From: Promethearchaeota archaeon
GTDB taxonomy: Archaea > Asgardarchaeota > Lokiarchaeia > Sigyniarchaeales > SOKP01
Reading direction: 5' to 3'
Assembly (NCBI GenBank): GCA_048938895.1
Contig: JBHLLU010000079.1
Location: forward strand, 1-14,786
Length of the DNA: 14,786 nt
Part shown: piece by piece, positions 1-8,442 of the stretch
Layout: each line of letters begins with the position of its first letter
Position numbering within the stretch: position 1 is the stretch's first letter
Notes under the pieces: model-generated
Database searches by the model: none
Told to the model about the DNA's origin: nothing
What the model saw: the letters and a program-made list of their open reading frames with translations, nothing else
Position numbers and translations under genes: made by a program

Positions 1-229
1 ATTATGTCTAATTGAATTTTTATATTCCTGTAATAAGTGTTAATTTTCTAATCTAATATGTTGAATTACTCCATAACTGTGAGGTAAAATATAGAATTTT
101 ATTACCTTTCATATTCTTATTATTCGAAAATCTTAGGAGTATCAATAAATTTATAAATTCACATATTCTATAAATTATAATTTTAATTAGATAAGTTTTT
201 GAACAAATAGACACTAAATTAATCTATAA

Positions 230-256
230 TTTATATATTTTGCATAAAAAAAGGAA
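230..256 (+). promoter_or_regulatory. Possible TATA box and purine-rich RBS-like element for mvaS
   Basis: TTTATATA at 230-237 and AAGGAA at 251-256. A second TTTATAAA lies at 150-157. The region is very AT-rich, so this is ambiguous. Confidence 0.3.
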
Positions 257-261
257 TAACT

Positions 262-1896
262 ATGCTTTCAGATGATTATCTTTTTTCAAATATCGGTATT
301 GACAGTTTTGGATTCTACGCTCCCAAGCATTTTGTAAAACTTGAAGAACTTGCTTTAAAAAGAGGTGTTGATCCAGCCAAATATTCTAAGGGTCTTTTAT
401 CCAAAGAAATGAGAGTTGTTGATGTGGATGAAGATGTAATTTCTTTAGGTCTTAAAGCAGGATATAACGCTCTACAGAGAGGAAACATAAATCCTAAGAG
501 TATTGATGCTTTATTCGTAGGGACAGAAACGGAAGTATATTCCGCTAAGAGTATTTCGAATATATTCGCTGAAATGCTCGAAATTTCACCGAATGCTTTT
601 ACTCAGGACACATATAATGCTTGTGCTGGTGGGACTCTTGCGATTATAAATGCAATTGCAATGATTCAGAAAGAAATTATTGAAAAAGCACTTGTTATAA
701 GTGCAGACATATCTAGATACCATCTAGGCTCTCCTGGTGAACCTACCCAAGGTTCAGGTGCGATCGGTCTTGTAATTTCGAAAAATCCAAGGATCGCAGT
801 ATTTAGCCACAAATTTGGAAAAATCTCGGGAAATGTAAATGATTTTTTCAGACCTGCAAATGAAATTAATGCGAAGGCTTTTGGGGATTATTCTCAAAGT
901 GCTTATATAGACTTCCAATTGAAAGCTTACGATGATTTAGTTAAAAACATTGGAGATTTTCATGCTGATTTTTATACATTTCACGCCCCTTTTTCAAAAT
1001 TACCCTTAAAAATTATGCAACAAATTATTTTAAAGCGCTGGATTGGGCATATTAGCGATTTACCTAAATTTGAAAAAAATCGATTTAGATCATCAATTCT
1101 AAAAAAAATTGATTCCTTTCTGCATGATGTTACTGTTTTACCAGAATATCTTTATTTAAAACTAAATGAGAGAGGTTTTACCTCATCAACGTTAGAAAGA
1201 TTATCAGACTGGGTAAATACTAACATAAAAGCGCGAGTACTACCACAATTACGAGTACCAATGCATTTTGGTAATATGTATAATGCTGCAATATGGGCAC
1301 AAATTGTATATCTAATTGAAAATCATGCTCACGTTAACGATTTAATTTATTTCGGTTCATATGGTTCTGGAGCTACATGTATTTCTGGATTACTTAAAAT
1401 CCAACCAGGATTTAAGGAAACTGCTAAAGTAAAACCATTTATTGATGATTTTATTCATTTAAAGAAAAAGCAAAGTATATTAGAATATGAACTCATTAAA
1501 AATGGTGATGTGAAACCAATAATATTATTAGGAAAAATTACAGAACATGAATTAAATAAAAAAAGGGGTTTTACTCTTTATTTCTGTGATGAAGGATGCA
1601 TAATTCCTAATATTAGTGGATTAAATCATTGTCCTAAAGGACATTCTGGATTTCATAAACGTTTTTTTCCATTGTTTGCAAAATTAACATCAGAACCTAT
1701 TGCTCAAAATGAATTTGATGACCTAAAATATCTGAAAAAAGGTTTAGTTAGGGTTGCAGGCAATGTTAGCAAAGGTAATGCTTTAGAATATGAAATAAGA
1801 AGAGTAGAGACAGAAAATGAACCAAATTTTAATGCGAAAGGATTACTAAATTGGTGCCCCATTTATATAGCAATTCCTGAGCACCATATTTATTGA
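262..1896 (+). CDS. mvaS: Hydroxymethylglutaryl-CoA synthase with C-terminal Zn-ribbon/OB-fold (DUF35-like) extension
   Basis: 544 aa ORF. Catalytic triad in context: Glu89 (VGTET), Cys121 (NACAGGT), His241 (FHAPFSK). Also GEPTQGSGA, GNMY and SYGSG motifs and an N-terminal GIDSFGFYAP...RGVDPAKY typical of HMGS. AAGGAA lies just upstream of the ATG. First gene of the MVA cluster. Confidence 0.93.
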   Translation: MLSDDYLFSNIGIDSFGFYAPKHFVKLEELALKRGVDPAKYSKGLLSKEMRVVDVDEDVISLGLKAGYNALQRGNINPKSIDALFVGTETEVYSAKSISNIFAEMLEISPNAFTQDTYNACAGGTLAIINAIAMIQKEIIEKALVISADISRYHLGSPGEPTQGSGAIGLVISKNPRIAVFSHKFGKISGNVNDFFRPANEINAKAFGDYSQSAYIDFQLKAYDDLVKNIGDFHADFYTFHAPFSKLPLKIMQQIILKRWIGHISDLPKFEKNRFRSSILKKIDSFLHDVTVLPEYLYLKLNERGFTSSTLERLSDWVNTNIKARVLPQLRVPMHFGNMYNAAIWAQIVYLIENHAHVNDLIYFGSYGSGATCISGLLKIQPGFKETAKVKPFIDDFIHLKKKQSILEYELIKNGDVKPIILLGKITEHELNKKRGFTLYFCDEGCIIPNISGLNHCPKGHSGFHKRFFPLFAKLTSEPIAQNEFDDLKYLKKGLVRVAGNVSKGNALEYEIRRVETENEPNFNAKGLLNWCPIYIAIPEHHIY

Positions 1897-1966
1897 TTCT
1901 ATTTCAGTCTATTATTCAAATTATGATTTCGAGATCTCTCTCAATCTTATTAGTTCCTTGGGGATT

Positions 1967-1980
1967 GAAAAAGTTTTAAT
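1967..1980 (+). promoter_or_regulatory. Possible archaeal BRE/TATA promoter for mvaD-mvaA
   Basis: GAAAAAGTTTTAAT ends about 30 nt upstream of ATG 2010 in a 113 nt gap. The AT-rich background makes this weak. Confidence 0.35.
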
Positions 1981-2009
1981 CCAAGAATTAAATGATATTA
2001 AAAACTTGA

Positions 2010-3221
2010 ATGATAATGAAAAATTTTATCTCAAACGGTCTAATTTCTAAATTACATGAAGATCATAACAATATCCTTCAATATTTAATTGAGAGGAATT
2101 ATGAACTTCAAGATCTTCCACTAAGAAATACTTATCTACAAGAACAAGGTGAAGCTTATACTTTAGCATACCCTATTCAAGGGATCTTAAAGTATCATGG
2201 AATAGTGAATCCAAAGCATAAAATTCCATACTTTCCTAGCATTTCTTTAAATAATGATTGTGGATTTACAGTTTCTTATTTGAAATTCGATAAAGGTTTT
2301 AAAGAAGATCAAGTCATTCTTAATGGAGAATGTGCTTCAAAGGCAGATTCGGAACGAGTTAAGTTTACACTAGACTTCATTCGAAATTATTCTGAAATAA
2401 ATACTAAAGCTATCTTAGTCTCTCGAAATTTTTTAAAAGATAATAGTGAAGGTTATATTGGTAAGGGTCTTGGGACTTCAGCATCAGGATCTTCAGCCCT
2501 TGCTTTAGCAGCAGCCTCTATCGTATATAATAATAATGAAAATTATGTGATGAATAAAAGATTGATAAGTATATTTTCAAGATACCTTGCCTGCTCCGGG
2601 GCTCGTAGTGCAGTAGGGGGTTTTTCTCTATTACTCAGTCATCCAAGTATTAATCCATTTGATAGTTATGCTATTAGGTTAGATCGTAGTGAAAATCAAT
2701 CGTTTTTAGAAAATATTTCTTTATTGACAATACCAATGAAATCTGATTTAAAAACTCATCAAGCTCATGAAATTGCCCCAAGATCGTCTTTTTTTCCTAC
2801 TTGGTTGAAACAAAGGAAAAAATTGATCTTCGAATTTTTTAATGCATTAAAGAATTCTGATTTGAATAAAATAGGGGAACTAGCCGAATATGATACATTA
2901 TGTCTACATTCCGTAATAATGTCTGTAAGAAATAATAATATTATCGCTTGGGATCCAAATACATTAAAAGTTATGCATAAAATTCGTGATCTACGCAAAA
3001 ATCATGGTTATAATGTTTATTATTCAATTGACACTGGACCCTCAATAGTCCTATTAACTATTGAAAATGAAAAAAAAAGAATAATTAATGAATTGAAAAA
3101 TATTATCCCTGAATATTTAATAATAGAAGGCAAAATTGGTGGGCCTTCCAGAATAATTTCTCCTAATTCCTCAGAATCTAGGAAATTAAAAGAGGATATT
3201 GAAAAATTTAATAAGTTTTAG
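2010..3221 (+). CDS. mvaD: Phosphomevalonate decarboxylase (haloarchaea/Chloroflexi type; MvaD/GHMP family)
   Basis: AYPIQGILKYHG...IPYFPSIS matches the recalled PMD signature (AHPIQGLVKYHG...PYHDSIS) rather than the diphospho-enzyme NIALIKYWGK. Also GHMP loop GLGTSASG, SGARSAVGGFS, KTHQAH, LAEYDTL, YYSIDTGPS and GGP near the C-terminus. Confidence 0.88.
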   Translation: MIMKNFISNGLISKLHEDHNNILQYLIERNYELQDLPLRNTYLQEQGEAYTLAYPIQGILKYHGIVNPKHKIPYFPSISLNNDCGFTVSYLKFDKGFKEDQVILNGECASKADSERVKFTLDFIRNYSEINTKAILVSRNFLKDNSEGYIGKGLGTSASGSSALALAAASIVYNNNENYVMNKRLISIFSRYLACSGARSAVGGFSLLLSHPSINPFDSYAIRLDRSENQSFLENISLLTIPMKSDLKTHQAHEIAPRSSFFPTWLKQRKKLIFEFFNALKNSDLNKIGELAEYDTLCLHSVIMSVRNNNIIAWDPNTLKVMHKIRDLRKNHGYNVYYSIDTGPSIVLLTIENEKKRIINELKNIIPEYLIIEGKIGGPSRIISPNSSESRKLKEDIEKFNKF

Positions 3222-3237
3222 AAATGTGAATTATAAT

Positions 3238-4518
3238 ATGAAAGAACTGCGTTCAGATATCTCAGGATTTTATAAGTTATCATTAGAAGAGCGTCAACAA
3301 AAAATATCACAAATACTTAACCTCTCAAAAGAGGATGTTAATATTTTAAAAAATTTAGGATATTTTACTTCAGGACAGATTGACACTTTAATTGAAAATG
3401 TAATTGGGAGTTATCAATTACCATTTGGTTTAGCTTTTAATTTTAAAATAAATAAAAGGGACTATATTATCCCCATGGTTATTGAAGAACCCTCTGTCGT
3501 TGCAGCAGCTTCAAATGCAGCAAAATTTGCTAGAAAATATGGAGGATTTACATCAGAAAATGTTAAGTCTATAATGATTTCACAAATCCAAATAACCCAA
3601 ATAGACAATATTGACTATGTGAAAAATCAAATATTAGACAATAAAGACAAAATATTAAGAATCGCAAATGAGCAAGATCCATTGTTAAATGAATTAGGTG
3701 GTGGTGCACTCGAATTGGAACTTCGGGAACTAAATACAAGGAAGGGTAAGATGCTGATAATACATTTGTTAGTTAATGTTCTAGATGCCATGGGTGCTAA
3801 CGTTGTTAATACTATGGCAGAAGCAGTAAGTCCTTTCATTGAGGAAATAACAAATGGAAAAATATATCTACGTATATTGTCAAATTTGGCAACACATAGA
3901 ATAGCAAAAAGTAAAGCAACTTTTGATAAAGATTTATTAGGTGGTCCAGAAATTGTGGAAGGAATATTAAATGCATATGAATTTGCAGTAGCTGATCCTT
4001 ATCGTGCCACTACTCATAACAAGGGTATAATGAACGGGATTGTTGCTTTAACCTTAGCAACAGGAAATGATACTCGCGCAATAGAATCAGGTGCTCATGC
4101 ATATGCTTCCTTGAGTGGAAAATATTCTCCATTGACAAAATTTGAAATAGACTCAAAAGGTAATTTAGTGGGGGAAATTGAAGTCCCTCTGGCTTTAGGG
4201 ATCATAGGCGGGATGACAAAAATCCATCCAATGGCGCGTTTAGCATTAAAAATCTTAAATGTAAAAAGTGCTAATGAGCTCTCTCAGGTAGGTGCTGCTC
4301 TTGGTTTAGCTCAAAATGTTGCAGCATTAAGAGCCTTAGCCTCAGAAGGGATTCAAAAAGGTCATATGGCACTTCATTCTCGAAATATTGCAAAGATTGC
4401 TGGAGTGCCAGATAATTTAATAGAAAAAGTTGCGAAAAAAATGATTGAAGATAAAAAAATTAGAGTTGATTATGCAAAAGAAATCTTAAAGAAAATGAAT
4501 GAAGGTGAAAACCTTTAG
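3238..4518 (+). CDS. mvaA: HMG-CoA reductase, class II
   Basis: SGFYKLSLEER, IENVIG, EEPSVVAAASNAAK, DAMGANVVNT, RILSNL, DPYRATTHNKGIMNG, GNDTRAIESGAHAYA and GIQKGHMALH are class II signatures. ATG 3238 is preferred over the track's TTG 3199, which overlaps mvaD. Confidence 0.96.
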   Translation: MKELRSDISGFYKLSLEERQQKISQILNLSKEDVNILKNLGYFTSGQIDTLIENVIGSYQLPFGLAFNFKINKRDYIIPMVIEEPSVVAAASNAAKFARKYGGFTSENVKSIMISQIQITQIDNIDYVKNQILDNKDKILRIANEQDPLLNELGGGALELELRELNTRKGKMLIIHLLVNVLDAMGANVVNTMAEAVSPFIEEITNGKIYLRILSNLATHRIAKSKATFDKDLLGGPEIVEGILNAYEFAVADPYRATTHNKGIMNGIVALTLATGNDTRAIESGAHAYASLSGKYSPLTKFEIDSKGNLVGEIEVPLALGIIGGMTKIHPMARLALKILNVKSANELSQVGAALGLAQNVAALRALASEGIQKGHMALHSRNIAKIAGVPDNLIEKVAKKMIEDKKIRVDYAKEILKKMNEGENL

Positions 4519-4595
4519 TTTTATAAAAAGTGGTTCTTTAACTCCTCTAAGAAAAACCACTATGTTATTTATTATATCAAGATAAACAAGCAAGG

Positions 4596-5912
4596 ATGAA
4601 TAATTTTATGGGATTTAGAGAATATATAGAAAGAATAAGTAATGAAGGAATTCTTCGAAATGTTAATCTAGAAGTTTCACGGAAATTAGAAATTTCTGGA
4701 ATTTTAAAAGAAATCGAACCGACTCCTGTAATTTTTAATAATGTGAAAGAATCTGAATTTCGGGTGGTTGGAAATGTGTTTTGTACAAAGAATGTTATTG
4801 CTTCTTATTTTGGGGTCACTACTGCCGATCTTATACCAATGCTTTCAGAAGCGATCGAAAAACGCTCTGAACCAGAAATTGTATCTAAAGCTCCATGCCA
4901 AGAAATTGTTGAATCTGAAGTAGATTTAGACAAAATTCCAATTTTATTTCATTGTGAGAAGGATGGAGGAAATTACATCAGTTCTGCAGTTTGTGTTACG
5001 AGAGATCCTGAATATGGACAGAACTTAGATTTTCATCGAGCAATGCAATTCTCAAAAGATAGTTTTGCGACTCGTATAGTAAAAGGTCGTCATTTTTCTA
5101 GATTTTTAGAAAAAAATGGGGAATTGGAAGTAGCTTTTTGTATAGGTAATACGCCTAACATTTTGATCGCGGGAGCAACTTCAGTAGATATTGGAGTAGA
5201 TGAGTTACATATCGCTAATGCATTAGAACCAATTAAAATAGTAAAAGCAAAATCAGTTGATCTTTTGATACCTGCAGAAGCAGAATTTATCTTAGAAGGT
5301 CGTGTTTATTTAGAACAAAGACATTCTGAAGGTCCTTTTGTTGATTTGACAGAAACATATGATACAATAAGGGAAGAGCCGATATTTGAAGTTAAAACGA
5401 TTACTCATCGAAAAGATGCAATATGGCAAGCTTTACTACCAGGGGCCCTTGAACATAAAATATTGATGGGTATGCCACGTGAACCAACTATCTTTAAAAA
5501 AGTAAATGAAAATGGAGTAAAATGCTTAGATGTAAACGTTAATCCCGGTGGTTGTTCTTGGCTCCACGCAATAGTTCAGATTGATAAAGAAAACGAAGAT
5601 GATGGAAAAAAAGCAATAGATGGCGCATTTGCTGGTCATACTAGTTGCAAACATGTATTTATTGTAGATAAAGATATTGATATATATGATCCTTTATCTG
5701 TAGAATGGGCTATGGCAACTCGTTTTCAAGGAGATACTCGAATGGTAATAAAAGATAAAGAACCAGGTAGTAGTTTAGACCCCAGTGCTGAACCTGGAAC
5801 AAAAATGACAACTAAAATAGGGTTTGACCTTACTAAACCCCTTATGGTGAGAGGAAAGAGTTTTGATTTAGCAGAATTTCCTAAAATCGATGTGGATAAA
5901 TATTTAAACTAA
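4596..5912 (+). CDS. ubiD: UbiD-family prFMN-dependent decarboxylase, by context trans-anhydromevalonate 5-phosphate decarboxylase (AMPD)
   Basis: UbiD motifs: EKDGGNYI, DFHRAM, AEFILEG, EGPFVD (catalytic Glu), VDKDIDIYD..VEWAMATRFQ, GSSLDPS, TKIGFDLT. Directly upstream of both AcnX subunits. Alternative start at ATG 4608. Confidence 0.92.
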   Translation: MNNFMGFREYIERISNEGILRNVNLEVSRKLEISGILKEIEPTPVIFNNVKESEFRVVGNVFCTKNVIASYFGVTTADLIPMLSEAIEKRSEPEIVSKAPCQEIVESEVDLDKIPILFHCEKDGGNYISSAVCVTRDPEYGQNLDFHRAMQFSKDSFATRIVKGRHFSRFLEKNGELEVAFCIGNTPNILIAGATSVDIGVDELHIANALEPIKIVKAKSVDLLIPAEAEFILEGRVYLEQRHSEGPFVDLTETYDTIREEPIFEVKTITHRKDAIWQALLPGALEHKILMGMPREPTIFKKVNENGVKCLDVNVNPGGCSWLHAIVQIDKENEDDGKKAIDGAFAGHTSCKHVFIVDKDIDIYDPLSVEWAMATRFQGDTRMVIKDKEPGSSLDPSAEPGTKMTTKIGFDLTKPLMVRGKSFDLAEFPKIDVDKYLN

Positions 5913-5926
5913 AGGTGTAGTGATTT

Positions 5927-7120
5927 ATGAAGTTAACAACCGAAGAGCAAGACATGCTAGATGGTAAGTTTGGAAAAGCGGCTCAGAAGTCGATGGAAAT
6001 ATTAACCACTTTAGGTGAAATCTTTGATGCTGAATGCATGATAAATGTTACCGGTGTTCAGATAGCTGGAGTTTCATATGAAAATCTCGGAGAAGCAGGT
6101 TTGGAGTTTTTAAGTGAAATGGCAGAAGATGGAAGAGTTAGAGTTCTAACGACTTTGAATCCTGCTGGAATGGATCGCGAAAATTGGGAAACTCTGGGGA
6201 TTGATAAAGAATTTGCAAAAAATCAGAATCGTGCTATAGATGCGTTCGCAAAGATGGGTATTATTACCACCTGTTCTTGCACACCATATTTAATTGGACA
6301 TACACCTCATTATGGTCAGCACCTAGCATGGGCAGAAAGTAGCGCTGTGTGTTATGCTAATTCGGTTATTGGTGCTCGAACAAATCGTGAAGGGGGTCCT
6401 AGCGCATTAGCAGCAGCAATTACAGGGAAAACCCCAATGTATGGATACCATTTAGAAGAAAACCGTCATGGTGAAGTATTTATTGAAGTAAATGCTCAAG
6501 TTAAAGGAACTGATGAATTTGGTGTCTTGGGAAAACTAATAGGGGATAAACTAGTTGAATTAGGCAAAAAAATTCCATATATCACTGGAATTTCAAATGC
6601 TACAGTTGAGGAATTAAAATCCTTCTGTGCTTCTGTAGCAACTTATGGAGGTACTGCTTTATTTCATATGGAAGAAATAACCCCAGAATATAATAACTAT
6701 CCTAAACCGGAGAAAATTTCTTTTGAAATCACTCAAGATGACCTAAAAAAATCACGCTCTGAACTGATTGATGAGGATCTTGAAATAAATTTTATCAGTA
6801 TTGGTTGTCCTCATGCTTCGATTCATGAAATTGCTAAAATTGCTAATTTATTGAATGGAAAAAAGGTAAAAAAAGAATTTTGGATTACGACAGCACGACC
6901 TACAAAAAGGATAGCCGATGAAGCTGGATATTCAAAAATAATAGAAGATGCTGGCGCAAAATTTGCTGCGGATACTTGTTGTGTAGTTGCACCCATCAAA
7001 GGACGATTTAAAGGAATAATGGTAGACTCAGCAAAAGCGTGTTATTACGGTCGTGCGAAAAATCAATTTAAAGTAAAAATTGGCTCTATTGAAAAGTGTA
7101 TAGAGGAGGCAATAAAATGA
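5927..7120 (+). CDS. Aconitase X catalytic subunit (DUF521); phosphomevalonate dehydratase large subunit
   Basis: MKLTTEEQDMLDG start, QIAGVSY, TTLNPAGMD, SCTPY, WAESSAVCYANSVIGARTNREGGPSALAAA, IGCPH and DTCCVVAP, including the candidate Fe-S Cys ligands. AGGTG SD-like element at 5913-5917. Confidence 0.94.
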   Translation: MKLTTEEQDMLDGKFGKAAQKSMEILTTLGEIFDAECMINVTGVQIAGVSYENLGEAGLEFLSEMAEDGRVRVLTTLNPAGMDRENWETLGIDKEFAKNQNRAIDAFAKMGIITTCSCTPYLIGHTPHYGQHLAWAESSAVCYANSVIGARTNREGGPSALAAAITGKTPMYGYHLEENRHGEVFIEVNAQVKGTDEFGVLGKLIGDKLVELGKKIPYITGISNATVEELKSFCASVATYGGTALFHMEEITPEYNNYPKPEKISFEITQDDLKKSRSELIDEDLEINFISIGCPHASIHEIAKIANLLNGKKVKKEFWITTARPTKRIADEAGYSKIIEDAGAKFAADTCCVVAPIKGRFKGIMVDSAKACYYGRAKNQFKVKIGSIEKCIEEAIK

Positions 7121-7506
7121 AATTTTCAGGAAGAACAATTTATAAGGGAATTGCTGAAGCAGAAGCTATAGTCACTAAAGACGGGATCTCTTTTTACGGT
7201 GGTGTTGACCCGGATACCGGAAAAGTTGTTGAAGTGGGTCATGAGCTTGAAGGTCAAACAGTATCGGGAAAGATTTTGGTGTTTCCAACCGGTAAGGGTT
7301 CAACAGTGGGATCCTATACTATGTATAGAATGAAGAAGAATAAGACTGCACCTGCTGCAATTGTAAATAAAGAGATTGATACAATTATAGCGGTTGGGTG
7401 TATAATAAGTGAAATTCCTTGTGTTGATAAGATAGATATTGATCATCTAAAAACAGGTCAAAAATTATTTGTTAACGGTTCAGACGGCACAGTAGAGGTA
7501 AAGTAG
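7117..7506 (+). CDS. Aconitase X swivel subunit (DUF126); phosphomevalonate dehydratase small subunit
   Basis: ISFYGGVDPDTG, GKILVFPTGKGSTVGSY (catalytic Ser motif) and APAAIV. The ATG at 7117 overlaps the upstream stop (ATGA) and follows GAGGAGG at 7103-7109, so it is preferred to GTG 7096. Confidence 0.94.
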   Translation: MKFSGRTIYKGIAEAEAIVTKDGISFYGGVDPDTGKVVEVGHELEGQTVSGKILVFPTGKGSTVGSYTMYRMKKNKTAPAAIVNKEIDTIIAVGCIISEIPCVDKIDIDHLKTGQKLFVNGSDGTVEVK

Positions 7507-8442
7507 ATGGGTCTAGGGAAGGGATTTGGGAAAACAATCCTATTCGGGGAACATTTTGTTGTGTATGGCTTACCAGCAATAGCATCAGCTTTAGAAGCTT
7601 ACACAACAGCAGAGGTTAAGATCGTCGAAGGAAATGGATGGGTTATGAACGATCAAAGATCAGCTACCCCAGGATATAAAGAAAAGAAATATGATGAAGC
7701 ATTACAATCTATACAAAATGTCATTGAATATTTAGATATTGATACAAGAGATCAAAAACTTGAAATTAGATTTGAAGGCAATTTAATTGCTGCCAGTGGC
7801 GTTGGTGCTTCAGCTGCCCAATGTACTTCTTTAGCTCGGGCATTAAATGATACATTTAACCTTAAATTGGATGACGAACAAATTAACGATGCAGCATATG
7901 AAGGAGAAAAAGCATACCACGGCACACCCTCTGGTATTGATAATACAGCCTCAACCTATGGTGGGTTGATATGGTTCAAAAAGAATTTAGCAGGGGGCAA
8001 AAATACTATGAATCTTATGCAGGCTTCAAAAAAAATGTATCTTGTAATTGCAAATTCAGGAATCACAGCATCAACAACAGAAGTAGTTGCTGATGTTAAA
8101 CGTCTAAAACAGGAAAATCCTAATAAATTCCTAAAGATTTTTCAAGACTATGAAAAAATAGCTGAAGAGGCGAAGAATGTCCTTTTAAAAGGAGAAACAA
8201 AATCCTTAGGAAATTTAATGAATCAAAACCACATACTTTTACAAAAAATTACTGTATCAGGAGAGGTGAATGATTTATTGGTTGATTTAGCCAAGGGAAA
8301 TGGGGCGTTGGGAGCTAAAATGACGGGCACTGGGAGGGGTGGTTTAGTCATTGCTTTAGCAGAAAATCAAAAATCTCAGAATAAAATTGCTAAAGCCATC
8401 AGAAAAAAAGGATATGATGCTTGGAAAACCATGATTGGATAA
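7507..8442 (+). CDS. mvk: Mevalonate kinase
   Basis: GKTILFGEHFVVYG, GHMP loop SGVGASAA, EKAYHGTPSGIDN and GAKMTGTGRGG. The ATG directly abuts the upstream TAG. Confidence 0.95.
   Translation: MGLGKGFGKTILFGEHFVVYGLPAIASALEAYTTAEVKIVEGNGWVMNDQRSATPGYKEKKYDEALQSIQNVIEYLDIDTRDQKLEIRFEGNLIAASGVGASAAQCTSLARALNDTFNLKLDDEQINDAAYEGEKAYHGTPSGIDNTASTYGGLIWFKKNLAGGKNTMNLMQASKKMYLVIANSGITASTTEVVADVKRLKQENPNKFLKIFQDYEKIAEEAKNVLLKGETKSLGNLMNQNHILLQKITVSGEVNDLLVDLAKGNGALGAKMTGTGRGGLVIALAENQKSQNKIAKAIRKKGYDAWKTMIG

Noticed and set aside
1-261. Possible gene fragment or ncRNA at the left edge
   Set aside because: Only very short ORFs (e.g. 19 aa from the minus-strand ATG at 112) in very AT-rich sequence; no convincing structure or repeat.
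2765-2998. 77 aa minus-strand ORF
   Set aside because: Antisense shadow inside mvaD with no recognisable motifs.
2010-3221. Classical diphosphomevalonate decarboxylase (eukaryotic-type pathway)
   Set aside because: It has PIQG..KYHG rather than NIA.IKYWGK, there is no phosphomevalonate kinase in the window, and IPK is present.
3627-3839. 70 aa minus-strand ORF
   Set aside because: Antisense to conserved mvaA codons.
4596-5912. UbiD/UbiX as ubiquinone synthesis or aromatic-acid decarboxylation
   Set aside because: Adjacency to both AcnX subunits, mvk and ipk favours AMPD. No other quinone or aromatic genes are present in the window.
5927-8442. Apparently higher GC in acnX/mvk than in mvaD/ipk
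   Set aside because: Judged by eye only and explainable by Gly/Ala-rich proteins; it needs a GC3 calculation.
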